The notes beneath the pieces are model-generated. The model made no database searches and was not told where the DNA came from. It worked only from the letters and a program-made list of their open reading frames with translations. A stretch of 64,000 nucleotides of DNA, from the sequence record SRR31156797_5308. The stretch is one strand, 5' to 3'. Shown here piece by piece: positions 62,307 to 64,000 of the stretch. How positions within the stretch are numbered: the first letter of the stretch is position 1; every line of letters begins with the position of its first letter. Made by a program: the position numbers and the translations under genes.

Positions 62307-62598
62307 ATATGTTATTTTCAATCCACTATGAATGGTACCCTTCCTCGTATAAAGATACAACCCATTCTTTGTTATTTTTATTTTTCTTTAACTTTTCTTA
62401 AAGAATTTAGATATTTCGAGTAATTTCCGATATTTAAAGAAAAATCAATGGAAATCATTCGACCATCACTGGATTCCCTTCGATCATACACGTTATTAAA
62501 AAACGGTCATTTTCAAAAAAAGACAGCTCTTTTTCTAAAACTCGAAAAAGAGCTGCTTTCTTGATTTTATACTCCCGCTCTAAATATATCTGTGCCGA

Positions 62599-64000
62599 TC
62601 AATCCAATGATCGTTTGGCCTGACGCTCTTGCGCTGCTTTTCGTAACTGCTTTTGCTCTTTTTTAGACCCACGTTCAATATCTCGGGTAAATTTACGTTG
62701 GGCAAAATCGGAAAATAATTGATCTAGATCATAGCCGGCTGGATAGAGTGCTTCTCGTTTGGTGAGCAGTTGCAATCGCCGAGCAGCAACAACGAAACAT
62801 TGTTTCTCAATATAAATCTTCGCTTGTCCCTGTTCCAAGTATTCATAAAAAACTCCCCGTTTTTCATGCTCTGCTGAAAAGACCTGGTCTCCCTTTTGAA
62901 AAATGTGCTCAGACTTTGTTTCCTGAGGATCGGTTCGTTTTCTGGATGTCTCAAAAGGCTGCTTCTCAAAAGAATAAGATTTATTCTTTAAATAGTCCTT
63001 TGCCGTTTGCACGACCTCAGCAGGAATCGCCATTTTTTCGGCGATCCAAAACGCATTACTTTCACCGACCGCATTGGTCAACAAGCGGTATTTCGGCGTC
63101 AGGGTCTTGGCATCAAAAGCCATCGCCGCTGTTTCAAAATCTTGGTGATCAAGAGCAAACTGCTTGATTTCACCATAATGAGTCGTGGCGATCATTAACG
63201 CCCCCGATCGATAGATCGATTCCATAATGGCGATCGCTAAAGCTGCCCCTTCATTTGGTTCAGTCCCGCTGCCAATTTCATCTAACAAAACGATACTGTT
63301 CCGGCTGGCATTCGTCATGATCTGTGCAATATTCGACATGTGTCCAGAAAAGGTACTTAAAGAATTTTCTAGACTTTGCTGATCCCCGATATCCATCCAA
63401 AGACTTTTTAAAAACGGCACGCTGCTGTTGCCATTATGCGCTGGAAACAAGCCGTAATGTGCCATCGCACAAACGAGTCCGACGGTTTTTAAGACAACCG
63501 TCTTACCACCAGCATTCGGACCTGTGATGACCATACATCGGTTCTCTTCTCCTAGTTTTAAAGATAGAGGAACAGCATCAGTGCCCAGTAAAGGATGCCG
63601 GACTTGATCAAGAAGCAAAACTTCTTCTTCAGTAATTGCTATCGGTTGACCATTGATTTCCCGACAATACTTTCCACGAGCAAAAATAATATCTAGTACC
63701 ACTAAAATATCAAGACAGGCAAATACTGCATTCATTTGTTCGGCGATTGCCCCGGTCAATTCTGATAAAACTTGGTATTGGGCGGCCGTTTCTTCCGCCT
63801 GTGCCAAAATCAATCGATCATTCAGACGGGCAGCTGCCTCTGGTTCAATAAAAACAGTCGCGCGTTTATTAGAACGTTCAATGATCGTCCCTTTAATTTG
63901 CTGTTGAAATTCAGCACGTACCGGCAGCGTATAACGGTCGTTCTTTTTGATCACACGGTTTTCTTGCAGATAGCGACTTTCTTTAAAAAACTTTGCAAAA
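62599..64000 (-). CDS. MutS2-like ATPase without a C-terminal Smr domain (5' end beyond the window)
   Basis: TVFIEP, ITGPNAGGKT, DIGDQQS, STFSGH, DEIGSGTEP, TTHY; frame stays open to the window end. Confidence 0.88.
   Translation of the reverse strand, partial: FAKFFKESRYLQENRVIKKNDRYTLPVRAEFQQQIKGTIIERSNKRATVFIEPEAAARLNDRLILAQAEETAAQYQVLSELTGAIAEQMNAVFACLDILVVLDIIFARGKYCREINGQPIAITEEEVLLLDQVRHPLLGTDAVPLSLKLGEENRCMVITGPNAGGKTVVLKTVGLVCAMAHYGLFPAHNGNSSVPFLKSLWMDIGDQQSLENSLSTFSGHMSNIAQIMTNASRNSIVLLDEIGSGTEPNEGAALAIAIMESIYRSGALMIATTHYGEIKQFALDHQDFETAAMAFDAKTLTPKYRLLTNAVGESNAFWIAEKMAIPAEVVQTAKDYLKNKSYSFEKQPFETSRKRTDPQETKSEHIFQKGDQVFSAEHEKRGVFYEYLEQGQAKIYIEKQCFVVAARRLQLLTKREALYPAGYDLDQLFSDFAQRKFTRDIERGSKKEQKQLRKAAQERQAKRSLD

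Noticed and set aside
62037-62423. 128-aa + strand ORF
   Set aside because: Antisense to the M-box riboswitch leader with no coding signature
1-64000. CRISPR arrays, tRNA/rRNA genes, transposases, prophage or defence genes
   Set aside because: No spaced direct repeats, structural RNA genes or such protein motifs were seen on reading; no dedicated scan was run

Overview
64 kb of core chromosome from a low-GC Gram-positive bacterium. Gene content and order indicate Enterococcus; the casseliflavus/gallinarum group is a guess from protein style only. I saw no rRNA, tRNA, CRISPR array, transposase or prophage genes. Housekeeping loci include tkt (5' end)-ynzC-lexA, apt-recJ, rnz, obgE, gap, fabN/fabI, murI-rph/rdgB, a glutamine-type ABC transporter, trpS, pheST with a T-box, addAB and lepB. 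An accessory-rich right half follows. The most notable observations are: (1) an M-box (ykoK) Mg2+ riboswitch heading a two-SEDS (FtsW/RodA) + PAP2 + LCP cell-wall operon; (2) a stand-alone three-gene mini-Rnf (RnfC, RnfD with a duplicated flavinylation motif, and an RnfA-like protein that appears to lack its Fe-S cysteines) with no rnfB/E/G; (3) a 70-aa membrane protein downstream of lexA whose promoter carries two LexA boxes, a candidate SOS division inhibitor; (4) a LexA box in front of lepB-addB-addA; and (5) readable operators for FabT, CzrA-like, YodB/CatR-like and CcpA regulators. All calls come from reading the sequence and recalling family motifs; no searches or folding programs were run.
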